This document shows positions 1 through 13,551 of a stretch of DNA of 64,000 bases, piece by piece; position 1 is the first letter of the stretch, and every line of letters starts with the position of its first letter. The notes beneath the pieces were generated by a model. It saw only the letters and a program-made list of their open reading frames with translations. It did no database searches and was not told the origin of the DNA. This stretch comes from Vermamoeba vermiformis (taxonomy: Eukaryota): NCBI GenBank assembly GCA_045837725.1, contig JBEWZL010000012.1:124001-188000 (forward strand). The letters are read 5' to 3'. The position numbers were made by a program, and so were the translations under genes.

Positions 1-50
1 GAGCCGAGTACTCTATTTTATATTGAAAGGAACCCAAAATACTCAACTCA

Positions 51-3000
51 ATGGACATTCCTAAGCGTAACGTGCGGTACTCACGAGATCAACTTGATGC
101 CAACCGTAATGGTTACTCCAAATACACTAGGTAAGTCGTAGTAGCTAGCCAACAAGTAATTCGACAGTATTTGGACAGTAATTCATCGTTTGTTGCTGAC
201 TACGGTTTTACTTCATTTTTAAAAAACGGGATCTCGTTATAATAAAGTTGTATTCATAGGGAAGAAGAAGAAGACGCTAACAAGGGTATAAAAATGCCAC
301 GGAATAAGGGTTTGATGTATATACTAAATTTAACTCTCATTTACAGCTGAAAACTACGATTTCACCCCAGATGACGAGAAAGTTGCCTTGTTGTGGGCCG
401 TCATGGCCTCCTATTTGCCTTCTGGTACGTTTACTACTAAATCAATATTATACCGCATATTTACAATTCGCTGACCGCTTCCCGCGTTAATTAGATGAGA
501 AGTCAATCCAAAAGCTTTTCGTCCAACATGTTGAATATTCAATGGCCCAAACCCGATCTGACCTCGAAAATAATAAGCGCAGCTCATTTCAAGGTCTTGC
601 CTATTCGTAAGTGAACTTTCAGACCTAGTACTGAAATCTGCTTCGCGCAATATCAAATTCAAACTATCTTCGGCATGCTTCGGAACATTAATTGCCCAAT
701 CATTTAAATTATTATTATTCGTGTTATTGCCCGGCGTCTGCGGAAAAAAAATATTTGAAAAAATTTTCAAAATGGTGGATGCATGGTTACGCGATGTTGT
801 GCAATCAATGTTGATCGTCAAATAAGTCGACAATATCATTTAATAATTAATTTATTCATTTCGCGCGATGTAAAAAAGATTATGACCCTTTATCAAACAC
901 GCGACCGCAGTATATTAACCCTCACTCCTGCAGCGCTCGTGATAGATTGATCGAGAGATGGAAGGACACTGAAATTTATTTCAATCAACAAGACGTGAAA
1001 AGAGTTAATTATCTTTCATTGGAATTTTTGTTGGGCAGATCCCTTCAAAACGCGTTGTCCAACTTGAACTTGGAAGAGAACTTTAGCCGCGCATTGAAGA
1101 ACCTTGGTATCAAGATGGAGGAGCTCGTCGATCAAGTACGTAATTACTGATATTTACTGCAATTCAAAATAACCGCACGAATTTTCTTTCGGATGCGCAA
1201 CTGCATTTTCTTGCCATAATAAGATTAACCTTGCAATTTCAGGAAAGTGACGCTGCTTTGGGTAACGGAGGTTTGGGCCGTTTGGCAGCCTGCTTCTTGG
1301 ACTCTTTGGCCACAATGAACTATCCTGCTTGGGGTTACGGCATCCGCTATACTTACGGCATGTTCCACCAAGAAATCAAGGACGGCTATCAAGTCGAGTT
1401 CCCTGACTACTGGCTCACCTACGGTAACCCTTGGGAAATTGAGCGCTTGGACGTTCAATACCCCGTGCGCTTCTACGGTCACGTTGTTGAAAAGACAGAC
1501 GCCCGTGGCAACGTGCGCTACGGTTGGGAAGGCGGTGAAACTATCATGGCCGTCGCCTACGACATGCCCATTCCTGGCTACAACACTTACAACACCATCA
1601 ACTTGCGTTTGTGGAGCTCCAAGCCCTCGAAGGAATTCGACTTGTTCCACTTCAACCAAGGAGACTACTTCCGCGCCATTGAAGAGAAACAACGCTCTGA
1701 GACTATCACTAGTGTCTTGTATCCCAACGACAACACTTCAGTCGGCAAAGAGTTGCGCTTGAAACAACAATTCTTCTTCGTCTCAGCCTCATTGCGCGAC
1801 ATTTTGAAGAGATTCAAGGCCCTCGGCCACCCCCTGACCAACTTGCCCGACAAGATCAGCATTCAACTCAACGACACTCACCCTACTCTCAGCATTGTCG
1901 AAATGATGCGCTTGTTGCTCGACGAAGAAGGTCTCGACTGGGAGACTGCTTGGTCCATCACCAACAGAGTGCACTCGTACACCAACCACACTGTCTTGCC
2001 TGAGGCCTTGGAGCACTGGAAGATCTCGTTGATGGAGAACTTGTTGCCTCGTCACATGAAGCTCGTCTACGACATCAACTTCCGCTTCTTGAAGGAAGTC
2101 GAGAAGAAGTGGCCCGGTGACGTCGAGAAGTTGGCTCGTTTGTCCTTGATCCAAGAAGGTCCCGAGAAGGCAGTGCGTATGGCTCACTTGGCCATCGTTG
2201 GCTCGCACAAAGTCAACGGTGTCGCTGAGCTCCACAGCGATTTGTTGAAGAACAAGGTCTTCCCTGACTTCTTCGAGCTCTACCCCGGCAAGTTCTTGAA
2301 CGTCACTAACGGTGTCACTCCTCGCCGTTGGTTGCACCAAGCCAACCCTGGTCTCAGCGCCTTGATCACTCAAGCCTTGAAGACTGACGAGTGGAAGTCC
2401 AACTTGGGCCTCGTGAGCGAATTGAAGAAGTTCGCTGAAGACGAGAAGTTCCAACGCAAGTGGCACAACGTCAAGAAAAAGAACAAGCAACGTGTTGCTG
2501 AATACGTCAAGGAGAAGTTTGGCATCACTATCTACCCTGAAGCTTTGTTCGATATTCAAATCAAGCGTTTCCACGAATACAAGAGACAATTGTTGAACAT
2601 TTTGGGGTAAGTTCAAGCGATCCACATCCGCTTTTGCAACACGAACTAATAATATTCTGTCGTATAGTGTTATGTACAGATACAGACAAATCAAGGGCAT
2701 GAGCGACGAAGAGAAGTCTGACGTCGTGCCTCGTGTGATTATCTTTGGTGGTAAAGCTGCTCCTGGTAAGTGAACTTTCAGAACTTGACTTTGCAACATT
2801 AGAATCGAGTCATTAATTCGTACCATAGGTTACTACATGGCCAAGTTGATCATTAAGCTTATCAACAACGTCGCTGAAGTTATTAACAACGATCCTGATG
2901 TTGGTGATCTGCTCAAGATCGTCTTCGTTCCTAACTACTGCGTCTCTTTGGCTGAATTGTTGATTCCTGCCTCTGATATCTCGCAACACATTTCAACTGC

Positions 3001-3807
3001 TGGTATGGAAGCCTCTGGTACTTCCAACATGAAGTTCACCATGAACGGAGGGCTCATCTTGGGTACTCTCGACGGTGCCAACATTGAAATTAAGGAAGAA
3101 GTTGGTGACGACAACATCTTCATCTTCGGTGCTCTTGCCTCCGAAGTTGAGAAGAAGCGCAAGGCTGTTTGGTAAGTACCGAATTTAATTAATTGCGGAT
3201 CTAACCGCCGGAATTTTTATTCTTTGAATAACGTACTAATTGAATGCTTTTAGGGAACAAAAGGAAACAGTTGATCCTCGCTTCCTCGAAGTGCTTGAGA
3301 TTATGCGCTCAGGTACTTTTGGCACCTTCGACGAGATGCACCACATTACCGAATCACTCATCAAGGGCCGCGACTACTACTTGTTGTCTGTTGACTTCCC
3401 TTCATGTAAGTAGAGCCATATTTACCGTTATCTAGCTCAGAGTACTGATTCTAACTTTTTTAGACTTGGATGCTCAAGCCAAGATCGACCAAACCTACAA
3501 GAACCAAAAGAAGTGGGTCAAGATGTCTATTCTCAACACTGCTGGCATGGGCAAGTTCTCCAGCGACAGATCCATCCAAGAATACGCCAACAACATTTGG
3601 AACTTGCAAGCTGCTCCTCGACCGGGCCCGATCACCGTCGAGTTGGACAAGATGAGCAGTGCTGGCTTGGTGCCTGACTTGGGTGCTACTTCGCCTATTC
3701 TCTCTGGCTCTCCGCTCGGCAATGAAATCTCTTTGGAGCGTCTCAGTCCCGTGTACACTCAAACTTTGCGCACGTTCTCACCTTCTTTCTCGCCTAACAA
3801 CTATTAA
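51..3807 (+). CDS. Glycogen/starch phosphorylase (GT35), multi-exon
   Basis: Spliced exons give MDIPKRN...[27 protein letters not shown]...[11 protein letters not shown], then [59 protein letters not shown], the PLP-lysine motif [10 protein letters not shown] and GKFSSDRSI. Introns are GT-AG. Confidence 0.97.
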
Positions 3808-4201
3808 GCGTGAAATAAGAGTTAATATGCGAGTATTGATGTGAATATTAGTAACAATATCAAAAAATTTTCCCTATTTAAATAAAACCAGCGTTATTTT
3901 ACAATTCTTTCGCGGTGCCAAATCCGGATGTGAAATCAACGATCGAAAAGTTATGTCAAGCTGTATATCTGTACACCATTTACAAGACATAACGCGGGTA
4001 TTTCGGTGGTTTACGTGGAACCGACAAAATGTCTAGTGAGCGGGATAAATAGTCAAAAAATTAATTTTTTCTTTTTAGTTGTGATTGCAAGCAGCGTGGA
4101 ACACTCAAATTGTATCTAATAATATTGGTTGCGTGCTTGCAAATTTGTATTATATTTATTTCTTAATTGCAACGAGTGTATTTGTATTATAAGGGACCCT
4201 T

Positions 4202-7200
4202 ATGACGAGTTTGTTCCCTCTGATTGAACAAGGAACGATAGATGCCATTGTTAGCGCAGTTTCGCGAGGTAAGTGAATTTATTTAATCACTATACAATAT
4301 TTGGGATGGTCACCCGCCATCAAAACTCAAAATTTAAGGTCTGCCATTTTAATTAATAAATGAATCTGAAAAAAAATTGTGTGAATCCGCACAGAAAAAC
4401 CTCGATAGTAGTTCAAAAATTACCCTTATGCACGATATATTGTTTTTTCATACCATTTTTGTTGCATAATGACGCCGTATCTAGAGTGACCAGCGAATCT
4501 CAAATTTTGGTTTATACCAACGTAAATTACTGGAATACACGGTTGATTAGACCATTTTATATTCATTTATTTGTTTTATCGGGTGGAGAAATAATTTCTT
4601 TCATTTCGATAATTGTTGCTGCTTTTTCATGCCAGATCTGCATCTCAGTCAACGTAAAATACCACGTTTTTCTTACCGTCATTTGATGCGATGATACATG
4701 ATTATAAATATGCTAGATAACAAATTAATACTGTAGCCTATTATTAAGAGGCTACACAACTAATTCTCTCATTTTCGAGTCGCCGAGCTAATTTTAGTTT
4801 TGCGACACGAAACGACTGCAAAATTATTTTAATAGCTCATCTATATATTATAGAACTGCTTCTATTATTTTAAAGCAATATTCATATTTTAAGTTTGATC
4901 CCAACGTGATCCGAAATTAATAAATTTTTTGGCGGGCCGAAATCACAACGAATCACCTCAAACTGTTGATCTTAGTTTATAATACTAACGTTCTATTATT
5001 CAAGCTGGCCCAGGAGCGGTCAACACACAGAACAATCGCCAAGAGTTCTTGTTGCATGTAGCCGCGCGACGAGGCACCAAGGAAGTCATGTCAGCGCTGC
5101 TCAAACACGGCGCCAAAGTGAACTGTCTCGACGGCATGGCACGCACGCCGCTGCACATTGTTTCTGAGGCTGGCAACGCTGACGCAGCCCAATTGTTAAT
5201 TAATTCAGGGGCACAGGTACGGGACTCTAGATCTCATTGTTTATTATAGGAATTGATTTTAATATGTGCCGTACATCACTTAAAAATACGGCCAATCAGC
5301 ACGCTTTAAAAACAAATTGTTTCAAATTTGGCAAAGGAAGATTTCGAACATCAATTTTCAGGACCTACCCGAGTGATTTTTGAACCAAAATATTTATAAA
5401 TAATATGATATTAATCGTATGGTATAATATTGCAAAAACAACCTTTCTTGCTATTTTAATGACCCTATTATTGTTGACATGAATATTAACGTGTTGTCGT
5501 TAGATGGACAATCAAGACAGGAAGTTCATGACAGCACTGCACTACGCAGCGAGCAACAATCACGTGGCCGTGGTCGATGTGTTGTGTCGCGCGGGTGCTA
5601 ATCTTGAAGAGACCGATATGCAGGGCGAGACGGCACTGCACATTGCGTGCACTCACGGACACTTAGATGTCGTCAAATTACTTGTGAATTACCGCGCAAA
5701 GTACGTGTGATATAGAAATGACAATAGGACTTATTATTGACGTGTTTGTGCTTAGTTATAACAAACCAGATCACGCCGGAGTTTATCCGCTGCAACGATT
5801 AACAGTGGATGGTACGCAGAATACGCGATGACTTTGCATCTAAGCATTGCAACTAATTCACTGTTCTATAAATAGCACTGCCGCAGGTAGAAACAGACGT
5901 CTTGGCGGCGTCATTTCGACAGGCGGCCAAAGAGCTGAAAGTTCTCGTGAACAATCCGAGTTCATTCCCCGATGTCAAGATCAGCGTCAATCGTAAAGAT
6001 TATGTCGCGCACAAAGCCATTTTATTCGCCAAATGTCCACAGCTGCTCAAAAAGATGGTCCGTAAAAATTTCGGATATTTTTTCCTAATATGGCAATGGA
6101 CCTAACCAAAAGATTTTTTACGCAGGTTAATGACAGAATCGTCATTGATGGCACACCAGAAAATGTTTTATTATATATATTGGAGTATATTTACACCGGC
6201 AATATTGAATTTGAGAACGGCGAACTAGATCTCAATTTTGCTTTTGAACTTGCCAAAAAAGGAATAGAACTGAATATCCTGAAGCTGAAGAACTTTTGCG
6301 AGAATTTGATCATATCGAATTTGGATCCAGACACAGTCAGCGCTATTTTTAGCGTCGCGAGCTACAACGGCAACGAGCGCGTGATGCAATATTGCGCCAA
6401 ATTCTTCTTCGCACATTACGCTGAAGTATTGAATAGGAATACTATGCCCTCACCAGAAGATATCGCCAAGATGGTATCAGTAGTCAGCCCATCCGAAGTA
6501 CGTCTACAAAATCATATCACATCCGATCAGATCAGGATCCAAAAAATCAACGAATAATTTTCCGTAGCAAAATTAGTATTAACACTGCTGCAATTTTTAG
6601 ATCCGTAGAATAGAAACACAACAGCCCCAAGTACCACCACGCAAACTCGAACCCTCACCCACACCAGCCCCCAAACCCCCTGTACATAATGATAGCCTCA
6701 ATTTACCCATCAATGCCGTCGATGACAAGAAAAGCAAAGCCAAATCAGTCGCAGATCGAAAAACCAAAAAAGTAAGAAAGATATTATATTTTTTCACGGT
6801 GTTCCCACGACAGATATTAACGTGCTGGTATTTTTCCCAGAGTCAAACCACACCCCCGCCAGTCACCCCGCCACCAGTTTCAGCACCCAAAAAGCAACAA
6901 ACGCCGCCGCAAGTCGCTGCTCCACCCACCGCCGCAGCCAAACAACAGACCCCTGCAGCTCAAAAGGGCAAACAGCCGTTCGATATTTTGGTACGTGCAT
7001 TTTTGATAGAACCAATCAACGCCGTTGATTTCATTCATGTCTAACGCGCACTGTGTTGCTAGACGGACCGAATAGAACAAGAATTCAAGTCCTTGTTGGG
7101 CGAGTTAATGGCCAACCCTGATGCCCCGCAGTTCAACGAACCTGTCACTGAAGAGGGTCTCAAAGAGATCGGGTATGTAGCACTCGATGCATATAATACT

Positions 7201-9112
7201 AGTATATAGACCACTGACTTATATTTCACTCGTAGCATAAACAACTATTTCATCATTGTACAGCACCCGATGGATCTGGGAACAGTTTGGGTAAGTCGAG
7301 TGGTATTATAGGCGAGTGATAGTATATTAATATAATATGATTGTTGTAGAGCAAGGCAGCGCGAGGTGAATATAAATTTGTGCGTCAAATCGCCGGTGAC
7401 ATTCGCTTGGTGTGGGACAATGCACGGACCTTCAATTTGCCCGATTCGGACATTTATCAACGCGCGGACAGGTATTTAAAGCACATCAAAACACATTATA
7501 GGACTCAATAGTAATACCTCTTTTATTATTGCCAGACTGTCCAAGTTGTTTGAACGAAGGTACAGCGAGTTGAAGCGCACGTTCCAGTTCCCAGACAATT
7601 ATGACTTGGTGAAGACCCCGCAGACCGGAGATTACTTCACTTCTGTATGTCCAACACGGGTCATATTCCATCTTTACTAATGTCATATTAGCTGTTCTCA
7701 CAACGGTTGAATGAATACTACGCGAAGAACCCTCAGGCCCTGCAACCACCACCACTGCCCGCAGCACACCCACAGCCCATCAAGCAGAGCAGCGGCAAGA
7801 CCACGCGCAACACTGGCGAGAAGGCCACAAAGAACAGCGTCAGGAAGTCAACAGGAGCCACTGGCACCAAGCGCAAGGCCGATCAAATCGCTGGGTACGT
7901 GCACTTTGTATTGTGTTTCGAATGACTTGCTAACCGTGCTGTTCAGCAACGGCACTAACGCACAAATCGATCTGACGTCGCAAATGCCGCCACAACAAGC
8001 AGCACCAGTGCGTCAAGCTCCACCTCCTCACGTGCCGCAACAAGCTGCGCCACCGCAACCACAGCCTGTACCGCGCCAAGCACCTCCGCCACAGCCCCAA
8101 CATCACCCTATGGCCCCGCAACCAGTGGCTCATCAACCACCGCCACGTCAAGCACCACCGCCACAGCCGATGATGCAGCCACAGCCAGTGGTACATCAAC
8201 CACCACCCATGCAACGCCAAGCCCCGCCGCCACAACCACCGCCACACCAACAGGCCCCACCACAACAGACACAGTATCAGAGCTTGATGGTGACACCGCT
8301 GTCAACGGAAGAACAGCTCGTTTTGTCGGAAAGATTGAACAACCTCGATCCCGATCAAATGGCGCACGTCGCTGAAATTATCGCGCTGCAGTCTAACACG
8401 AGTGACGTAAGTTTCATTTTGACTTTTGACACCTGTCACTACTCGTACTCACTTCGCCGTCTTTCTTTAAAACAGAGCGAGATTGAAATTGATATTGACT
8501 CGCTGGACATTAAGACACAACGAGCGCTACAGCAGTACGTCTTGAGTGTCACGGGCGGTGGCTCTATGGGCCCAGCAACGAACCCATTCAACGTGGCATC
8601 TGGTGCCCTGCCTCCAAGGCTACCAGAAGAGCCGCAAAACAAGCGCCAGAAAACACATCACGATTATGGCGTGAATGGCGGAGGATACATGGGTGTGCCA
8701 CCGCAGCAATTGAATTCGATGCAGTCACAACAGCAGCGAGGGGTATTATATTAATTTTTGAATTCGAAAATAATGAAATTTTGAAAATAAATATCCTTTT
8801 GAAACAAACAATATCACAATAATAACAAACAAATTATCCATATGAATATATATTCGAAACCAGCAAAGTTGTGTATCTATATAATATAACACAATTGGGA
8901 CTTGAGTGTAATTAATCATCATTTTAGTTCGTCGGATCTGGAGCACTGATCTCAAAAAGTAAGTCGATGGTGGTCCAATATCAAGAGGAGTCTAATATTA
9001 ACGTGTTATAGGAACAGACTTTATGGGCGATGAAGAAGAGTTCACGGACGATGAAGACGACGAGGACTTTGATTTCACCGGCAAAAAATCATCGGGCAAG
9101 CGACACAAATAA
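4202..9112 (+). CDS. Ankyrin repeat + BTB + bromodomain + ET-like domain protein (chromatin regulator)
   Basis: Ankyrin repeats (LLHVAARRG, TPLHIVS, TALHYAA, TALHIAC); BTB (FPDVKISV..AHKAIL, LEYIYTG); bromodomain pieces (FNEPV, YFIIVQHPMDLGTV, DIRLVWDNARTFN); Pro/Gln linker; ET-like EIEIDIDSLDIKTQRALQQYV; acidic tail. The same architecture is known from a Dictyostelium protein. Confidence 0.88.
7985..8265 (+). repeat. Imperfect coding repeats of RQAPPPQP / HQPPP
   Basis: RQAPPP occurs four times in the 7711..8754 reading frame. Confidence 0.75.
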
Positions 9113-9748
9113 CAATTACATTAATTCCATGAATTTATTACGCAAATAAAATGATAGCAGGCTAGTGCAGCTGTTTGTTCACACCAGACCGTGGATGCAG
9201 AATTTCCAAACAATTTCAGTTTGTCGCTCATCAATAATCTACCCTACCTTACCTATTCAAGGTATAGCCATCTAGCTTTGTGATAGTAATGTCGGAGGTA
9301 ATACTTTATCAAACTTATTTTTGTACTATAATTTTTAGTTTTGTTTGCAGCCGAACCAATTGAACAAACAAAACAGTTACAATACCACAATAGAAGGATT
9401 ATGTTAGTCTCGGTTTCTTTTAACCACGTAGGTATTATTGATTAAGCCACGCGAATGCAGTTGCTAGTTTTCGAAGGATTGAACCAGATTTACGAATTTG
9501 AACGGCTAATTTCGGCTTAAATTTTTAACTTGTAATATTTATTAAAATGTTATTAGGTCTCAGGAATAACATTTGGACCCACTAACTCCAGTTTGAGCAG
9601 TCCTTCAATTGCCTCCCTGAATAATGAAATTTCGCTGTTGCAGTCACGTGCTCGAAAAAAGGTTCATTTCGCACCTCTGCCAGACAAACACTTCGCTCCG
9701 ATTACTTTCAACAAGCGAAGAGCAAAACAGCAGAAGAAGAAGATAAAA

Positions 9749-10339
9749 ATGAACAACAGTAACAGTGGCCGATCGAACGGCACCGGCCATACCAATGGCA
9801 ATGGCCATGGACCAGTTATAAGTAAGTCCTAGGCATCTAACAAGTCAATTTATCGTTAAATATTCATCTCCTTCGCGCCGATCATCATATTATGCGGCTG
9901 CAGTCATGAAATTAATTTAAAACTAAGCTTCGAAATTGACAACCAAATCGTCGTTACATGAGCTTAGTCAGACAATTAAAACATTACTTAATGCCATTTT
10001 ATATTGAAAGCGATGTATACGAGCTAATTACCTCCTAACGGCGCAAAATGGCACTCGCGATAAATTTCTTTTTTGATCAGATCTGATCTGCTCTCGTGCT
10101 GTCAATCAATTATTAATACGACAATATAATTTGTAGTTTCGGATGTTGAGACGCTGTCCTCAGACTCCTCTTCGAGCTCAGGTTCTCCAGAGCGACTCAC
10201 AACGCAAGACGCTATTCAACGTATTTCGGTGGGCATTGAGGAAATAAAGGCCCTCCTTCGAGAAGTATTACAACTTCTCAGAGCCGCGCAACCTCCTCAA
10301 CCTCAAGCACCAATCGCAGCGCCTCATATTGAAAACTGA
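9749..10339 (+). CDS. Small hypothetical protein with a short amphipathic helix; 5' end uncertain and may extend upstream
   Basis: MNNSNSGRS...GPVI splices in frame across a GT-AG intron (~9822-10136) to SDVETLSSDS...IEEIKALLREVLQLL...HIEN*. Confidence 0.5.
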
Positions 10340-10420
10340 GCTATGTCATGACCGCCTATCAAAATAGGTCATTGTAAAAATTATAAAGATAAGATAAAGT
10401 AGTTTCGCTTTCAAATTGAA

Positions 10421-11622
10421 ATGTCGACCACAACAGATAGATTGAAGCAAATACTTCCCGCTGTGACTTCGACGCTATTACTCGCATCAGGTGGCGTCAT
10501 AGTCTCGTACATTTACAGAAAATTCGTCAAGAAACCAAAGCAGATCGCACCCTTGACTTCGTAAGCAGATCTCACCTAAAATAAGAGCAAAAAATTAATA
10601 CTATCGCAAACTTAATAGACGCTTATTGGAGCTGAAAGATTTTTCTGCTGATCCATTCGAACAACTAAAAAAATGGAAATCATTTCAAGATAACTTCGCT
10701 TTGCAGCAAAACAAAAACGGGTAAAGAGGATGAGATATTATAGCAATAATTTTAATAATAATTAAATTATTCAATTCAATCAGTCCTTGGTTTAAGCCCG
10801 AGATCTTTATCCTTTCAACTGTAAGCGAAAATTTGGAGCCTAATGCAAGATGTTTATGGGCCAGGGTACGTATCAATACTTATTCGTATCTTGACCTATT
10901 AATCGTCCATACGCGCACAGGAAATCGGATCTCGAGGCATCGTGTTTTTCAGCTCGAGCAACAGCGCTAAAGGCAGTGAATTAAACAGTAATCCGCACGC
11001 AACAGCAGTATTCTATTATCCTTCACATTACTGCGAGAGGTACATAATCTTGATCGCGTGACTCACAAGATGTAATCTCATCTTGGCGCTATTTTTAGGC
11101 AGATCCGCATGAAAGGAAAGGTGCTCAAACTCAGTGAAGAGGAGCGCATGGCTTGCTGGAACGCTATGCCTAGGTAGGTATCAACTCATGCAACTAATAG
11201 AAGCGAATAAACTAAGCTTAACGAATTCCAGAGACTGGCAGATCGCGTACCATGTAATTAAAGAGCAAGGAACGGTACGCATGCGCTTATTACTAACAAA
11301 ATAACATATTAATGAACCATCTATTAGCCTGCCACCAATGAAGAGCTGAGAAAAGAGTACAAAATCTTCGAACAAAATGCACCGGAGAAGATCGAGCCTC
11401 CTGCTTATTTCCAGGTAAAATATAAGAGGGTTGGGATTGTGATATGATATTTAACAGTTGTGATATGATATTTAACAGTTGTGGCGTTTATATTAGGGCT
11501 ATTTGTTCGTACCTAGCGAGTTTGACTTCTATCAAGGCGCTACAACGCTGATCGACAACAACAGATTTGTTTATAAGAAAACTGACGAAGGAAAATGGTC
11601 GTTAGCTCGAGTGACTCCTTAA
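10421..11622 (+). CDS. Pyridoxamine 5'-phosphate oxidase-like FMN-binding protein, divergent, with N-terminal hydrophobic anchor
   Basis: Spliced product contains DPFEQLKKW, FILSTV..PNAR, GIVFFSSSNSAKGSELNSNPHATAVFYY, RQIRMKGKV, PPAYFQGYLFVPSEFDFYQG and W...RVTP*, in PdxH/PNPOx motif order. Confidence 0.8.
11439..11483. repeat. 21-bp tandem duplication inside an intron
   Basis: GTGATATGATATTTAACAGTT occurs twice, followed by GTG. Confidence 0.85.
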
Positions 11623-11929
11623 ATGTGCGGTATATTGTACTGTTAGCCACCTTATGGTATTCACTGGGGTTGAAATTCAACCTTGTACACGATACGCGGA
11701 TGCACTCCGAATAAACAAAGGACGAGCTTAATACGCCGATGCTCGTATAATAATCTACTAGTGGTATCAATATTCGAAAGGAGCTTCGTTTGCTTTGCTG
11801 AGAGGATCCGAAGCGAAAGGTCATAAGTAACGAGTCTAAGAATACACTTTTATGTTCTAAATGCCATAGCTGGTACTTATCTATTGCTAGTACTCATATA
11901 TATCTAAAGATATAAGCACGATGACGAGC

Positions 11930-13155
11930 TTATTTCTTGTTTAATTCGTCCAAAGCCTTCTTGAAACGACCGGCGTGAGATCTCTCAGCGCGAGCAAGAG
12001 TCTGGATAGGAATATTAGTTAATATGGGCACACATTGCATAGTATAATATAATTAGAATGTTTAGAATAAAAGGTAAGGCTGGATCCTAGCGAACGCTTA
12101 TTAATGCTCGTTACACAAGCTTTGTCAATAGAGTATTGAGCTAAAAGTATTATAATATATTCATTTAAATAGGAAGGCAAAAGAATAGACCTCAAATTTA
12201 ACTAAAGACATTGATAGAAGAAATTAAGTTGGGATTGCTGGATCGAGCGATGTTTTGAGAGTTCATTAAATAGTCGTATAGTATTATATATACACTCACC
12301 TCGAACCAATCAGCAATGTCGTCAAAGCCCTCTTCGCGTGCAGTGCGTGCATAGCCAGGGTACATGTCGGTGTACTCGTGGGTCTCGCCAGCAATAGCGG
12401 ACTTGAGGTTCAATTCGGTGGCGCCTGAAGGTAATATATGGTTAGTATTATAGTAAGTGATGTCAGTGGTGGTATTGTTAATCGAACGCAGATCAAGCAA
12501 CGTACCAAAAGGTTGATCGGTAGCGGGATCGCCAGCAGGAGCCAAGAAGTCCCTGCAAAGCTGTCAGTCGACGACATAGTATATTATATTTAATAGGCTT
12601 ACATATGACCAAAGGCGTGGCCGGTTTCACCTGTTCAAGTTAAATTTCAGCTACTTTGTCCAGATCTGGAAATAATAATTATAATTTGATACCAACCTTC
12701 AGCTGTAGCACGGAAAATGGAGGCAACGTCAGGGAGACCTTCAACGTCGGCTTTTTGGGCAAAGTAGTTGTATCTGGTAACACATCCGTCAATTTTAGGT
12801 CAGATTTCAAAAAAGAATCTTTTCAATATTCTATCAATCCCATAATATTATTAATAATATAGCACATCTATGTCTAACATAGTCGTCGGTCGCGCGATGT
12901 CACATTACCTTCTGTTAGCCTACAAAAAATTTTCAATTAATTACGTAATTGTTGTGGACGACTACAGCCCTATTAATTATCAATACATACCATAGACTCG
13001 CCAGCAAAAGCAGCGCGCAAATTTTCGTGGGTCTTGGAGCCCTTCAATTTAGTGGCATAGCTCTTCTTGCCTACCAAGGAGATAGAAGCAGATGTGGTCA
13101 AGAGAGTCTTCTTGCAAGCGAGCTTAGTCAATGAGGTAGCGACTTTAGCGAACAT
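11930..13155 (-). CDS. Short rubrerythrin (no rubredoxin domain) with predicted mitochondrial presequence; 7 exons
   Basis: Spliced: MFAKVATSLTKLACKK...YATKLKGSKTHENLRAAFAGESMANRRYNYFAQKADVEG...TAEGETGHAFGH...NLKSAIAGETHEYTDMYPGYARTAREEGFDDIADWFETLARAERSHAGRF. Two ExxH diiron motifs. Confidence 0.93.
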
Positions 13156-13551
13156 TGTGGTGGTGTTTTGAAGCCGATCTGAAAGATGAATGAAGCGACG
13201 ACCAAATTTTCCTTTTCTGCGCATGGGCTGCCAGCAATGGTACGAAAAATTCCTATGGACGAGCACATAATGTTCAATAATAGCATTAACATGTATGTAC
13301 TATTTCCTTCCCATACAAAGGAGACGTTCGATCGTAGTTCCGAATCTCTAACACTTGCCAAGGATAATGAGATGACCACGTTATCGTGTTTATCATTACA
13401 ATTACTACGCTTCAGACAATGTGTTGAATGTCAACGCATTGCGCAGCACGAGTAATTGGATCTGTTTTCTGTTTCATTCACCAAAGCACTCAAACAACGA
13501 ATAGTGCTATTTATACAAGATATTTCATATATACAACCATATTCATCGGTT

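Noticed and set aside
411-839. 142-aa minus-strand ORF and a possible snoRNA-like GATGA...CTGA segment near 494-560
   Set aside because: The segment is a phosphorylase exon ([16 protein letters not shown]) plus intron sequence.
1789-2826. 345-aa antisense ORF, and similar antisense ORFs over other genes
   Set aside because: Shadow of the strongly codon-biased phosphorylase exon; no recognisable motifs.
8791-8800. ATATCCTTT, an AT-AC U12 donor consensus
   Set aside because: It lies inside an ordinary AT-rich GT-AG intron whose splicing already keeps the frame.
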